DNA from: an uncultured Phycisphaerales bacterium
GTDB taxonomy: Bacteria > Planctomycetota > Phycisphaerae > Tepidisphaerales > Tepidisphaeraceae
Assembly (NCBI GenBank): GCA_963758525.1
Contig: CAVWVQ010000003.1
Location: 3,520,001-3,584,000 of the forward strand
DNA: 64,000 bases
Direction: 5' to 3'
In this document: positions 10,596 to 22,268 of the stretch, one piece after another
Layout: the number at the start of each line of letters is the position of its first letter
Position numbering within the stretch: position 1 is the stretch's first letter
Position numbers and translations under genes: made by a program
The notes under the pieces: generated by a model
What the model saw: only the letters and a program-made list of their open reading frames with translations
What the model was told of the DNA's origin: nothing
Database searches by the model: none

Positions 10596-10979
10596 GTGGC
10601 CAAGCGACTGACGTTTCCCAAGACCCTGCGCGTCCGCACCCGAGGCGACTATTCCGCGGTCTTCGAGCCACGCGTGCGCATGGCGCGGGGGCCGCTTGTC
10701 TTGTACGGAGTTCCAACCGATGCGGAGGCCACCCGATTCGGCCTGAGCACGCCACGGAAGGTTGGCAACGCCGTTCGCCGCAATCGCATTCGCAGGCTGT
10801 TGCGGGAATCGTTCCGCGCCCTGCAGCACGCGCTGCCAGCCGGCTATGATTTGGTGGCTGTCGTACGCTCGCACGAACCGCTGAAGCTTGCCGACTATCA
10901 GTTCCTGCTCGCGGCGATGTGCAAGGAGCTGCACGCTGTGTGGCAAAAGAAGAGTTCGAGGCCCCCGGCGAAGAAGTAA
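10596..10979 (+). CDS. rnpA: Ribonuclease P protein component
   Basis: RFGLSTPRKVGNAVRRNRIRRLLRESFR (RNR motif). Confidence 0.95.
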   Translation: MAKRLTFPKTLRVRTRGDYSAVFEPRVRMARGPLVLYGVPTDAEATRFGLSTPRKVGNAVRRNRIRRLLRESFRALQHALPAGYDLVAVVRSHEPLKLADYQFLLAAMCKELHAVWQKKSSRPPAKK

Positions 10980-10981
10980 AA

Positions 10982-11197
10982 ATGCGAATCACGCAACGCA
11001 TCTGTATTGCGTTCGTTTTGCTTTACCGTGCGACGCTCGGAAAGCTCTTGGGCGGTCACTGCCGATACCATCCGACCTGCAGCCAGTACGCGATCGACGC
11101 GATCACCCAATATGGTTCCCTGCGGGGAGGATGGAAGGCGCTTAAGCGCGTCGCCCGTTGCCATCCCTGGGGCGGCCGGGGATATGATCCCGCGTGA
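10982..11197 (+). CDS. yidD: Membrane protein insertion efficiency factor
   Basis: CRYHPTCSQYA...RCHPWGGRGYDP. Confidence 0.95.
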   Translation: MRITQRICIAFVLLYRATLGKLLGGHCRYHPTCSQYAIDAITQYGSLRGGWKALKRVARCHPWGGRGYDPA

Positions 11198-11218
11198 ACA
11201 GGCGTCGGAGCCGGCTCT

Positions 11219-12301
11219 TCAAAGCATCCCCTTCCACTTGTTGAATCGCTTCTCAAGTCGATCCTTCAACTGTGCATGTCCCGGCTCATAGGTGTGACCG
11301 TTTCGCGCAAGCTGCACGAAAAGCTTCACCATGCTCTCCCAATCGTTCACGTCGATAAATTCCGGCCCGATCTTCTTCTTCGCGATGTCCATGTTGTGAT
11401 AGTTGCCAAGTGCGACGCAGATCGACGCGGCGGTGAATCCGTAGACGTCGTAAACCGTCGCTTCACAAGTCCCGCCGGGCATGAGGGCTCGTTGATAGGC
11501 AAAGCTCCGATCCCGCTTCGCCAATTTCGCGGCCTGCTGTGAAATGAAATAACTGAGACTCGAATTGAAGACACTGGTCCGATCCCCGATGCGGATGATC
11601 GCTCCCTTCCCCTGCGGCGCATACGACTGCATCGCAGAGCACTCGATCGCAATCAGACGGTCTGTTTTGCGCAGCAACTTCGGTTCGACCGAAGCGGCAA
11701 TCGCGCCGATAAACCCTTCCTCTTCCGCTCGCGTCAACAGAACGCCGACGGTCGTTGCCGCCGGGCGCGTGCAGAGCAAGTCGAGCATCTGCAATGCCGC
11801 CGCCGCTCCGGCAAGATCGTCACAGACCCGCGAGTAGAACTTTCCGCCCTTGATCCGTCCGACTCCCTGATCCCACATGCCGGGCGCGCCACGCGGCACC
11901 GCGGCGCCAACACGCAGCAACGCCGTGCGCGGGACCGGCCGGTCCTTCCCCTGCACGTGCGAAAGAACAACCGCTGGAATTTCGCGCTTGCCGTCGAAGA
12001 ATCGCACCTTCTCGCCATCGAAAAAGTCGCCCATCACATAGCCGCGAAAGGCAGCTTCGACCGTTCGCTCATCGATCATGCGTGTCGCGACAAAGCCGGG
12101 ATGGTCCATGTGGGCGGTGAAGATCCAGCGCGGCAATCGCTTCTTCCCCGGCACTTCGATGAGCAGATTGCCATGCCGATCCTCGGAGACGCGCAAGCGC
12201 GGTCGCGCAGCAACGAATCGCCGTACGTACTGCACGACATGGCGCTCAACAAACGGCGCGGTCGGCAGCGAGCAAATCTCTCGTAGGATTCTGTTCTGCA
12301 T
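11219..12301 (-). CDS. M20/M42-clan metallopeptidase-like hydrolase
   Basis: AHMDHPG, CDDLAG, AEEEGFIGA, GGTCEA and NYHN motifs. Confidence 0.8.
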   Translation of the reverse strand: MQNRILREICSLPTAPFVERHVVQYVRRFVAARPRLRVSEDRHGNLLIEVPGKKRLPRWIFTAHMDHPGFVATRMIDERTVEAAFRGYVMGDFFDGEKVRFFDGKREIPAVVLSHVQGKDRPVPRTALLRVGAAVPRGAPGMWDQGVGRIKGGKFYSRVCDDLAGAAAALQMLDLLCTRPAATTVGVLLTRAEEEGFIGAIAASVEPKLLRKTDRLIAIECSAMQSYAPQGKGAIIRIGDRTSVFNSSLSYFISQQAAKLAKRDRSFAYQRALMPGGTCEATVYDVYGFTAASICVALGNYHNMDIAKKKIGPEFIDVNDWESMVKLFVQLARNGHTYEPGHAQLKDRLEKRFNKWKGML

Positions 12302-12373
12302 CAGAGGCGAGATTCAACCATGTTCGCTGGCGATCGCCAAATGGTCTCTTGATCCTTTGGCCGGACAAGCGGG

Positions 12374-12673
12374 CTATGCCGCGCGCCGCGACTCCTTCGG
12401 CTCAGGTACAATCAGCAGGCTGTTCCACGTTCCACGGCTGCGCTCGATCCCGTTGGCGGCGTGATCGGTGTACCATTCTCCATCGGCAACATACCGAAAC
12501 TGATGGCTGCCGGGCATCAGATTCAGCCGCAGCGTCCACCAGCCGTCCCCTTGCCAGACCATCGGCGCGGCGCCGATGCACCAGTTATTGAACGTGCCCG
12601 CCACAAAGACATCGAGCACGTTGGGTCGAAAGAATCGGAAGGTGACCTCGCCGCTGGGTGAAACTTCCGTCAT
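12374..12673 (-). CDS. CBM48/isoamylase early-set domain protein
   Basis: VTFRFFRP..VFVAGTFNNW..GWWTL..QFRYVADGEWYTD. Confidence 0.88.
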   Translation of the reverse strand: MTEVSPSGEVTFRFFRPNVLDVFVAGTFNNWCIGAAPMVWQGDGWWTLRLNLMPGSHQFRYVADGEWYTDHAANGIERSRGTWNSLLIVPEPKESRRAA

Positions 12674-12988
12674 GTGCCTCTCCGCAGGAAGACATCCGCC
12701 CAAAGACTGTTGACAATCGAATAATCGGAATAGATGCGAGCATGCTTTATCGCTTCCGCCCCGCTTTCTGCAATTCTTGCCGGTGCCCGGCAGTCTTTTC
12801 CAATCTTCTGGTTTTGCTGCGGGGGGAGGGGGAAAACCTTGAGGCACACGCTCCGCCGACACCGTCACGGACCCTCGCCGATCTCACAGTCGCCGATCTC
12901 GCTGGACAACTTGGGAAATTATCATCAGTATTTCCGGGCGTTTACCGGTCATTCAATCCGTACACCGCCCGCCTTGCGATGCGATCCC

Positions 12989-14596
12989 ATGGGTTTTCCC
13001 TGCCAGTCACCCTTGATTGCATATTTCGCCGTCGCCTCGCTGCTCGGCGGGACGATCGCGGTTACCCCGCTCAGCGCCCAGCCGATCGCGGTTGAGCCCT
13101 ACTACCAGGGCAAATCGCTCACTCTGTGGTCGCACGCCCTGGCGGAAGCTAATCCGGAAATACGCGTACGCGCTCTGACGGCCATCGGACAGATGGATCT
13201 TCGCGCCAAATCCGAGATCGACGAAATTGCCCGCCTGCTGGCCGATCCCGATGCGCGCGTGCGGGGAGCGGCTGCGCTCACGCTCGGCGGATTTGGGCCG
13301 CTCGCGAAGCGGGCCGTGTCGGCGCTGATCATCGCCCTGCGTGACCCCGACGCCGAAGTCCGCGAGGACGCGGCTTTCGCTTTGGGAGAGATCGGCGCGG
13401 ATGCGTACGCTGCCGCGCCGGCACTGGGACAATTGCTCTTCAAACCCGACGAAGACGTGGTGGTTTCGTATGCGGCTGTGGCGCTGGGAAAACTCGGCGC
13501 GGCCTCTTCGCCGCAGCTTGCGGCGGCGCTGCGATCCCCTTTTCCGTTCGTGCGCGATCTGGCGGCCGACATGCTGGTCGCCGACGCCGCGGCAGCTTCG
13601 CTGTCGCTCCCGGCGCTTTGCGAGGCGCTAAACGACAGGTCGAGCAAGGTCCGCGCTTCAGTCGCCGCCGCCATTGGAGGGATTGGGCCTTCGGCAAAAT
13701 CTGCTGTCGGAGTGCTGACCGCTGCTTTGGACGATCCTGCCCTGCCCGTCCGTATCAAGGCTGCCGAAGCTTTGAGCCGCCTTGGGCCATCGGCGTCGGC
13801 TGCGCTGCCGACGCTGCGCAGCGTCATTTCCGCGCCGCAAGCCGAGCTTCGAATTGCCGCGGCTGACGCGATCTGGTCAATTGCCGGTGACTCCGGGACC
13901 GCGCTTCCCACGCTGCTCTGGGCTGCTGACGACACCGACCCCAGGAATCGCGCCCGTGTATTTTGCCTCCTCGGCGCGATCGGGCCGAAGCTGACCGGCG
14001 TCATCGGCACTCTCATCACCGCTCTCAGTGACACCGATCGCAACGCGCACTGCGCCGCGATCGCGTCGCTCGGTCAGATTGGTCGCGCTGCCGAGGCGGC
14101 GGCGACGTACCTTCGGCCGTTGATCAACGATGCCGATCCGGAAATCCGGTTGTTGAGCGCCGAAGCCCTCTGGCAGATCGATCATCGGCCCGGCGATGTG
14201 ATCACGACAATGCACGTGATGCTGGAGAACAAGGATCCCGTCCTTCGCGCCTGCGCGGCGCTGGCGCTGGGTGAACTTGGTCCCTCCGCACTGGCCGTCG
14301 TTCCGGCGCTTCGCAAAATGATCGCTGATCCATATTTGATCGTGCGGATCGCCGCCGCTGAGGCCTTGTGGCGCATCACGGGCGCAACAGATCAGACGCT
14401 CCCTGCGCTGATTGCGATCACAACCGACCTCACCACCCGGGACATCTACTCCCGGCAGCGGGCGATCGCCGCGCTGGGAAGAATGGGCGTCGCCGCGAGG
14501 CCCGCCATCGGGGCGTTGCAAAGCGCGGAGTCCGATGATTTCCCCGCCGTTCGGGTTGCCGCTGCCGCTGCGCTGGCGAAAGTCCAGGCGAGATAG
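12989..14596 (+). CDS. Secreted HEAT-repeat protein
   Basis: Signal-like N-terminus, EPYYQGKSLTLW motif, many DPDxxVRxxAAxALGxIG repeats. Confidence 0.88.
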   Translation: MGFPCQSPLIAYFAVASLLGGTIAVTPLSAQPIAVEPYYQGKSLTLWSHALAEANPEIRVRALTAIGQMDLRAKSEIDEIARLLADPDARVRGAAALTLGGFGPLAKRAVSALIIALRDPDAEVREDAAFALGEIGADAYAAAPALGQLLFKPDEDVVVSYAAVALGKLGAASSPQLAAALRSPFPFVRDLAADMLVADAAAASLSLPALCEALNDRSSKVRASVAAAIGGIGPSAKSAVGVLTAALDDPALPVRIKAAEALSRLGPSASAALPTLRSVISAPQAELRIAAADAIWSIAGDSGTALPTLLWAADDTDPRNRARVFCLLGAIGPKLTGVIGTLITALSDTDRNAHCAAIASLGQIGRAAEAAATYLRPLINDADPEIRLLSAEALWQIDHRPGDVITTMHVMLENKDPVLRACAALALGELGPSALAVVPALRKMIADPYLIVRIAAAEALWRITGATDQTLPALIAITTDLTTRDIYSRQRAIAALGRMGVAARPAIGALQSAESDDFPAVRVAAAAALAKVQAR

Positions 14597-14614
14597 TCAC
14601 CCCGTCACTCTGGA

Positions 14615-15841
14615 TTATTCCTCCCCAGCGCTTTCAAATTGAATCGCGCGTTTCTCCGTACCCAGCGCCACGACGACGATGGCGCCGACAAAAATCAGCG
14701 TGGCGGTGATCGCCATGGAACTGGCGTAGGTGGAATGGCTCGCGCGATGTGCCTGGTAGTAGACGACGCTGCCGGCGATGAGCACGCCGCACTGATACGC
14801 GAATCCCGGCAGGAACCCGCGAACGGAATTCGGCGAAAGCTCGCTGATATGCGCCGGAATGATCCCCCACGCGCCCTGCACCATGAACTGGAGAAGGAAG
14901 CCGCCGAGCACGATCAGGCCGATCGAGTGCGAGAACGCCAGCGGCACCGTGACGATCGCCAGGCCAAACGCGATCAGCATCGCCCTGCGTCGCCCGATTG
15001 AATCCGATGCCAATCCAAACACGACGCCGCCGGCGATGGCGCCGATCATTGTGAACGCGGTAACCGTTCCGGCCTGCCGGGCGGTAAAGCCGAAGTCCCG
15101 TTTGAGCAGCGTCGGGTACATGTCCTGAGTCCCGTGCGACGAGAAGTTCATCATCGTCATGAGCAGCACGAGATAGACGAACAGAGGCAGATGTGACGCA
15201 ATGCTTGTCGTCAGCGAGCTCCAATCCTTTTTCGCGGTACGCTCCCACACTTCCGACTCGCGCACGCCGAAGCGAACAAACAGCGCGAGCAGCGCCGGCA
15301 GCCCGCCGATGAAAAAAAGCGGCCGCCAGCCGAAATGGGGAAACATCGAGCGGTAGACCAGCGCCGCCATCAGATTTCCCGCCGCATATCCTTCCTGGAG
15401 CAGCCCCGAAAGGATGCCGCGCCAGCGCGGCGGCACCTTCTCCATCGCCAGCGATGCGCCGACTCCCCACTCCCCGCCCATTCCGATGCCGAACAACGCG
15501 CGCAGGACCAGAAATTGCGTGAAGTTGTGCGAGAATCCGGTCATCACTTCGATGATCGAATAAAAAACCAGATCGAGCATCAATGGCATGCGCCGCCCGT
15601 ATCGATCCGCGAGCATGCCGAAGATGAACGCGCCGACCGGGCGAAACGCCAGGGTGAGCAATAGTGCCACGCTCATCTGCGCGTCGGTCTTGCCGAACTC
15701 TTTGCCGATATCCGTCAGGCAGAAGACAACGAGGAAGTAGTCAAACGCATCGAGCGTCCAGCCAAGAAACCCGGCAAAGACTGCGGCGCTTGAGCCCGTG
15801 GCGGCAAGAGATCGCCCGGAAAGCTCCCGTGCGGATGGCAT
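14615..15841 (-). CDS. MFS carboxylate/sialate:H+ symporter family (JEN1/NanT-like)
   Basis: GWTLDAFDYF, ADRYGRR, GIGMGGEWG and SHGTQDMYPT. Confidence 0.9.
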   Translation of the reverse strand: MPSARELSGRSLAATGSSAAVFAGFLGWTLDAFDYFLVVFCLTDIGKEFGKTDAQMSVALLLTLAFRPVGAFIFGMLADRYGRRMPLMLDLVFYSIIEVMTGFSHNFTQFLVLRALFGIGMGGEWGVGASLAMEKVPPRWRGILSGLLQEGYAAGNLMAALVYRSMFPHFGWRPLFFIGGLPALLALFVRFGVRESEVWERTAKKDWSSLTTSIASHLPLFVYLVLLMTMMNFSSHGTQDMYPTLLKRDFGFTARQAGTVTAFTMIGAIAGGVVFGLASDSIGRRRAMLIAFGLAIVTVPLAFSHSIGLIVLGGFLLQFMVQGAWGIIPAHISELSPNSVRGFLPGFAYQCGVLIAGSVVYYQAHRASHSTYASSMAITATLIFVGAIVVVALGTEKRAIQFESAGEE

Positions 15842-15947
15842 GGGAGGTCAGTGTAACGGATGTCACCATGTGAGCCACTCCGCTCGGAAGACGCGGGCCT
15901 GCGCAAATTTCCCAGGGCAATTTAACTCCCGGCGAGACCCCCTCCGG

Positions 15948-15988
15948 CCCCCTCCCCTGGTACTCCGGGGGGAGGGGTGGGGTGGGGG
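15948..15988. repeat. Palindromic REP-like element (CCCTCCCCTGGTACTCCGGGGGAGGG family)
   Basis: Same family at 44655/46445, 46607-46646 and 17151. Confidence 0.75.
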
Positions 15989-16001
15989 TTCGTTCGTTCC
16001 G

Positions 16002-17150
16002 GCGGGCGATCCGCCTCGGCCACCGGCTGCGAGGGATCCGGTCGCTGCGCCGCCGACGCGTCCAGTTCCTGCCGCGGCGGCATCAGCGCCTCAACCTTCC
16101 GCTCATCAAGTCCCGCGAGGTTCGGCCCGGTGTTGAACCCCGAATCCGCGATCATTTCCCGGGGCTTGCGGCCAAAGTGCTCCTCGATGTTTTGCACCGC
16201 CGGCAGCACCGTCGACGCCTCGTCGTTGCCGGCCAGCACCTGCGTGTCCACGATGAAGCCATGATCCGCGTCGGTGGCCAGCACCGCGGTGTAAGCGGGC
16301 GCGTAGCCTCCCTGCTTGGCCGGCAGCACGCGAGACTCGGGGTCGGTGGTCGGAATCGCCGGCCCCTGCGGCATGTCCTTGCGGTTCCCACGCTGCTTTT
16401 CCATCTCATTGAGGCTGTCCATCGCCTGTTGCAGACGCGCCTGACGGGCCTTGAGATCGCTCAGCTCCCGGGGCAGCTTCGTCGGAGAACTCTCCCCAAA
16501 CAACTGAGCGTCGGCCTTGTCCGCGGCGTCCGCCTCGGCCATCAAGCGATCGACCTGAACGTCCAACGCATCGAGCTTCTGCTGCAGCGACGCCCGGCGG
16601 TTGGTCGCGTAGCGGCTGTTGTTCGCCTTCAGCTCCGTCCCGTCGAGCATCACCGAATTGAGCGACACCAGCCCCAGCGACATCGCCACCCGGCCGACCT
16701 GTCGGAACAGGTCCTTGATCTGCTTGCCAAACTGCGTGCGGAATTTGCAGATCGTTGCGTGATCGGGGACGCGTCCCTCCAGCAGCCAGATGAAATCCAG
16801 CCGGTTGGCGGCCGCGTCCTCCAGCTTGCGGCTGGAACGGATTCCCAGCGACAATCCATAGAGAATGCATCCCGCCAGCACCCGCGGATGGATCGGAGGC
16901 TGGCCGACCACCCGCACGTACGATGCTTCCCAGGGGGAGAAGTCGATCCTCCCCAGCGTCTCGTGGAAGAGGCGTACGGGATGATCGTCGGCAATCGACG
17001 CATCGAGAGTAGGCGCGAAAAGCGTGACCTGTTTGCGATCCAGACGGGGAGTTGCCCAGTGACCCATTGCGAAGCCTCCGTGCTTGGGCAAGCATTTCAG
17101 CGCCACGTCGGCAAAGATGCAATGGGTGTTCCACATAAATCGACAGGCCC
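16002..17150 (-). mobile_element. IS1182-family element, 3'-truncated (transposase start 17067)
   Basis: Near-identical to the 5' part of 44670-46444; left IR GGGCCTGTCGATTTAT kept; homology stops after ...EADRP. Confidence 0.92.
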
Positions 17151-17347
17151 AGTACCAGGGGAGTGGGAAAGAGTTGCGAGCTCCCGGAAAATCGGGCGCG
17201 CCCCTTTCCGGGGGACCTGATCTCCCGAGCACTTGCTCGCGTACCGCCCCAAAGACCGGCCGGGTCCTTGTGTGGACGATCAACCTTGGAGCGACGATGA
17301 TGCCGATCCACTAATTGCACGAATTGAGTGTGGTGGTATCTGAGTTG

Positions 17348-18983
17348 ATGACGGCGCTGGCATCTTCCAATTTTTCGCCCGATCCCAAGCCGTGGGTGCT
17401 GCGCTATTTATGGCCGCTGCTGGCGGGAATGCTGGTGCTGCGCGTGCTCGTCGACATGCGGTTTTCGCTCGTGCCCGACGAAGCGGTCTATTGGTCATGG
17501 TCGCGGCATCCGGCGCTGGGATACTTCGATCATCCGCCGATGATCGCCTGGATCAACTGGATCTTCTCGCATCTGCTCGGATCGACCGAGCTTGGCGTGC
17601 GTCTGCCCGCGACGCTGATGGCGCTCGGTACGCTGGCCGTGATTGTCACCACCGCCCGTCGGATCATTCCTGAGACGATCGCCGTGAAGTGGGTGGCAAT
17701 CATCTGGCTGGTCAGCCCGCTGCTGGTGGGCGTCGCGACCATCTCGACGCCCGACACGCCGGCGATCTTCTTCTCAACTTGCGCTGGCGTGCGTGCTGCG
17801 GATCGCCTCTGCAGACGACGTGACCCATCGAATGTCGCGCTCGGTGCCTCGATTGTGGCTGTCGTTCGGCGTTTTCTGCGGGCTGGCATCTCTATCGAAA
17901 TACACGACGGTGCTGCTTCCCGCGGCAGTCATCTTCTCGCTGATCCTGTCGCGGAAAGGCCGGGCGCATCTTCGCCAACCCTGGATCTATCTGGCGGCGG
18001 TCATCGCCGTCTTGATCTTCTCGCCCGTTGTCTGGTGGAATTACCGGCACCAGTGGGCGTCATTTCTCTACCAACTTCATCATGGCGTGAGCGATGAGCC
18101 GGCACAGGCGCCGGTTTCTGGCGCTGCGGGGGTGCTGCACATCTGCCGAAACATGCTGCTCTATCTCGGCGGGCAGGCCGCGCTCTGGACGCCTGTGCTG
18201 TTCGTGATTGGCATTGTCATCATGATTCAGAAGATCAGAACATTTTTTTTCCTGACGGAAGTGGATCGAGTGTTGCTGGTGTGCGCGCTGTTGCCACTGG
18301 CGCTGTTCGGCGCAGCGTCGGCCCACAAACTCGGTGAAGTGAACTGGCCTTCATTCGCGTATGTTCCGCTGAGTCTTCTCACCGGGCGATGGATTGCCGA
18401 AGAGGACAGCGACAACTCCGAGGCGGAGCCTTCCTCTTCCCCTGGCACGACCCGCAGCCAGGGCACTGGCCCAGTCCTCAATTACGACGGCGGAGCTATT
18501 CAGGGGAAAAGGCGAGGCCGCGCGCATGCCGTGATGGAGGGGTGCAAACTCGCGCTGATTTTCACGCTGGTGATCCACGTCCTGTTTGTTCCGGGTATTC
18601 CGCAATTATTGTCGCGTCTGCACGTGCCGTTGCCGCACAGCGCCCGGGATCTGCTGGTGAACGACCGCCATCAATATGGCCGCGAGCTGCTAGCGGCGGC
18701 GGACAGCGCGCCGGTCGTCTGCAACCGGCACCAGGACGCGGCAGAGGCGTCGTTTTACATGCCCGGACAGCCGGATGTATGGTGCGACGGGGTCGGGTCG
18801 CGGCCGACCGCGTATGACTACTTTGACGTCAAGCCCGATTTTTCGACAATCAACCGTGTTCTGTTCGTGGGCGGCCACGCCGCGTTGTTCGTGGCGAAGC
18901 ACCACTACTCAAAAGCCCGCATGGTATCGCTCGCGCCCGCGGGCACCGGGCATCCCCGCACCGCGGTCATGGCAAGTCGATGA
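17348..18983 (+). CDS. ArnT/PMT-like glycosyltransferase family 39 (frameshift near 17790)
   Basis: PDEAVYWSWSRHPALGYFDHPPM, TPDTP, GLASLSKYT and SPVVWWN. Confidence 0.88.
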
Positions 18984-20269
18984 ATCCACATTCCATTCGA
19001 GCGATTGACATCTGGGTCGGCAGGCCGATCTGCTTTGCCCTGACTGCGGTACGCCGCCTCGGAGCAATTTTTAAATCCCCCCCGGCGGCGCCGGCGCCCG
19101 TTCGCACCATTCTTCTCATCAAAATGATCGAGCAGGGCGCGACCGTGCTTGCCTATCGTGCCATCGCCCGCGCCGTTGAGATGGTCGGCAAAGAGAACGT
19201 CTACTTCATGGTTTTTCAGGAAAACCGGTTTATCCTCGATCTGCTCGGATTGATTCCGCCGGAGAACGTGCTGGTGATCCGCGCCAAAAAGCCGGGCACG
19301 CTGTTCGCGGATCTGATCGGTGCGATCTTTCGGGCTCGGCGGCTGGGGATCGATGCCACCATCGACATGGAGTTTTTCTCCCGCGCCTCGGCAATTCTGG
19401 CATATCTCACGGGCGCGAAGGTGCGGGTCGGACTGCATCGCTTCACCAGCGAAGGCCCTTATCGCGGCGATCTTCTGACTCATCGCCATCAATACAATCC
19501 GTTCGTTCACGTCGCGCCGTCGTATTACCTGCTGGTCGATTCGGCCCGGTGGGATCCCGCGCAGACGCCGATGGGAAAAGTCGTTGTCCCCGCGATCGAC
19601 TGGGCTCCTCCCCGCTTCGTGCCGTCGTTGGAGGAGGTCGCCGCGGTGCAGAGAACGCTCGACCGCCTGGCGGGGCGCACTGTCTCTCGACCGATCGTTC
19701 TACTAAATTCAAACGCGAGCGATTTGCTTCCGCTGCGCCGCTGGCCGAGCGAAAATTTCGTTGAACTAGGGCAGCGCGTTCTGCGGGATCATCCCGACGT
19801 GACATTGGTCATTACCGGCGGCCCAGACGAAGCGGTCGCCGCAAAACTATTGGCCACGCGGATCTCCCCGCGCACCATCAGCACCGCCGGCGAGACAACG
19901 CTGCGCGAGTTGATCGTTCTCTACACCATGGCCGACGTGCTGGTTACCAACGACAGCGGCCCGGGACATTTCGCGACGCTCACTGCCATCGCATCGATTG
20001 TCCTCTTCGGCCCCGAAACCCCCGCGTTATTCGGACCGCTTGGCAGCAACAGCGAAGTGGTGCGACAAAATCTCGCATGCAGTCCATGCGTCAACGCGTT
20101 TAACCACCGCTTCTCCCCCTGCGACGATCCGGTCTGCATGAAGGGTATCACCGTTGACACGGTGTTTGAGCGCGTTCACCAGCGACTGCTCGAGGGACGT
20201 CGAGTGCCGCTGGCTCTGGCACCCTCGCCGCAACAAACTGAAAGCCCGGCGGTAGTGACTTTTTCGTGA
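18980..20269 (+). CDS. Glycosyltransferase family 9 (heptosyltransferase-like)
   Basis: RRWPSENF, LVTNDSGPGHFA, LFGPETP and ACSPC...CMKGI. Confidence 0.92.
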   Translation: MNPHSIRAIDIWVGRPICFALTAVRRLGAIFKSPPAAPAPVRTILLIKMIEQGATVLAYRAIARAVEMVGKENVYFMVFQENRFILDLLGLIPPENVLVIRAKKPGTLFADLIGAIFRARRLGIDATIDMEFFSRASAILAYLTGAKVRVGLHRFTSEGPYRGDLLTHRHQYNPFVHVAPSYYLLVDSARWDPAQTPMGKVVVPAIDWAPPRFVPSLEEVAAVQRTLDRLAGRTVSRPIVLLNSNASDLLPLRRWPSENFVELGQRVLRDHPDVTLVITGGPDEAVAAKLLATRISPRTISTAGETTLRELIVLYTMADVLVTNDSGPGHFATLTAIASIVLFGPETPALFGPLGSNSEVVRQNLACSPCVNAFNHRFSPCDDPVCMKGITVDTVFERVHQRLLEGRRVPLALAPSPQQTESPAVVTFS

Positions 20270-20384
20270 CAGACAGTGTTATTGGAGGCCACAACCGGGA
20301 GCGTCGGCGCGGCTTTGACTCGCGGACATCCGGCCATAGAATCGCCCAGCATCTGACGTACCGTATTTTCACACGATCCAATCT

Positions 20385-22166
20385 ATGGCGATTCATCGAT
20401 TCCTTTCGTCCGCTCCCCGTGGCGCGGCCCGTTGCATTGCGCTCCTGCCGGAACTGGCCGTTGTCTGTTTGGTGACGGCGGGGTGCGCCGTCAATCAGCG
20501 AAAGGAAGTTGCGCCTCTACCGTCAGGAACTGGACGGCAAGAACCCTTTGACCTTGAGCGAAACATTCGATGGTAAGCCGCTGTCGCTGGAAGAGGCGCT
20601 GATTCTCGCCAACCAGCGGAATGAGCAACTTGGCATTTCCGGCGAGACATACGTGCAGGCGCTGATTTCCAAGCAGCGGGCTTTCGCGGCGTTTCTGCCG
20701 ACAATTACCCTCGCGCCCACCTTCACGTGGATTCAGAAACCGCAGTCCATCAACTCTACGGGAAATGCGGGAACCACGGGGACTGGAGGAACCGGGGGGA
20801 CCGGAGGAACCGGGGTCACCGGCGTCACCAACAACAAGCATTTCGTCAAGGACGTTCCCATCACCGGCACCGGAAATGTGTTCAACGGCTTTCAGGATGC
20901 CGCGACGCTCGAGGCAACCGGCTACACCGCCGAGCAGCGCAAGGCACAGTTGCTCGATCTGCAGGCGACCATCTTCCTCGACGTTGCCCAGACGTACTAC
21001 CAGGTTCTCAGCGCCGAGCGATCGGTTCTGGTGCTGACCAACAGCGTGAAGGTGCAGGACGCGAACGTGGCCGATAACATCGATCGCGAACGCGCCGGCG
21101 TCGCACGTCCGCTGGATGTCGCCCAGGCCCAGGCGCAGGACTCTTCCACGCGGCGCAACTCATCACCGCTTATGAAAATGTGAAGAACGCGCGGACGATG
21201 CTCGTTTATCTGATCGACGCGCCCGTGCAGAATGCAGTGCTGGTGGATCGCCTGGACGTTCCGCAGGAACTCATGCCGATCGAAACCGCCCTGGCAACGG
21301 CGCGCCAGACGCGGCAGGATGTCAGTGCCGCGCGTCAGGGGGTGGAGGCTTCGCGACAGGAAGTGATCGCGGCGCTCGGGCAATGGTATCCATCTGTCTC
21401 ACTGGAGCTGGAGTACTTCCTGCACCGCGACTCCCTTCCCACCGCAAGCTTGTGGGAAGGATTCATCAATGTGAATCTGCCGCTCTTCGATGCGGGCATC
21501 ATCTACGCGAATGTGCGCACCGCCTGGTCGCAGTTGCGGGTCGCACGTTTGAACGAAATGATGACTGTCCGCCAGGCGGATCAACTGGTGCGGACCGGCT
21601 ATGACACGCTCGTCGGCAGTCGCGACCGTGTCGCTGAATTGAAGATCGAAACCAAGGCGGCGAGCGATGCTCTTTTTCAGTCTGAGCAGAGTTACAAAGC
21701 GGGCGTGGCAACTTATCTCGACGTGCTGACTTCCCAGGATCAGCTCCTCACGGCGCAGCTGAGCCTGGCAACCGAGGAGCTGAATTACAAATTTTATTAT
21801 TTGCAGTTCCTGCGCTCGATGGGACTGCTGCTGCGTCCCGAGCACATCATTCCCGCGACAATGCCGACCTCCGAGCCGTCTTCAATTGAAGTGACTACTC
21901 CCGGCCTGCCAGTCGGACCGCAGACGTCGCAGCCGGGGATTCAACCATTCCCTTCGCTGGGAACGCAGCCGGCAGGTACTCAGCCGATCGCGCCGTACAC
22001 GCAACCCGCCGGAGCGGACACCCAACCGAGCGACACCGGCGTTGTGCCGACGCAACCAGCCGGAGCGGCCACGCAACCCAGCGACACCGGCGTTGCGGCG
22101 ACGCAGCCCGCCAGCACGCAACCGGCGGTTCCGCAGACCGCGCCGGTGACACCCGCGACGCAGTGA
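20385..22166 (+). CDS. TolC-family outer membrane lipoprotein with TQP-repeat tail (frameshifts near 20510 and 21165)
   Basis: Lipobox TAGC, LSLEEALILA, VAQTYYQVL and YKAGVATYLDVLTSQ. Confidence 0.82.
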
Positions 22167-22268
22167 ACGTCAACATTCACCGCTTCGCTCTGGTACGATG
22201 ATCGGTTCGGTGCGGCAACGCTCTTGATCGACGCAGGAGTCTTCCGCACGCCTTTTTCCGGAGCTTCC

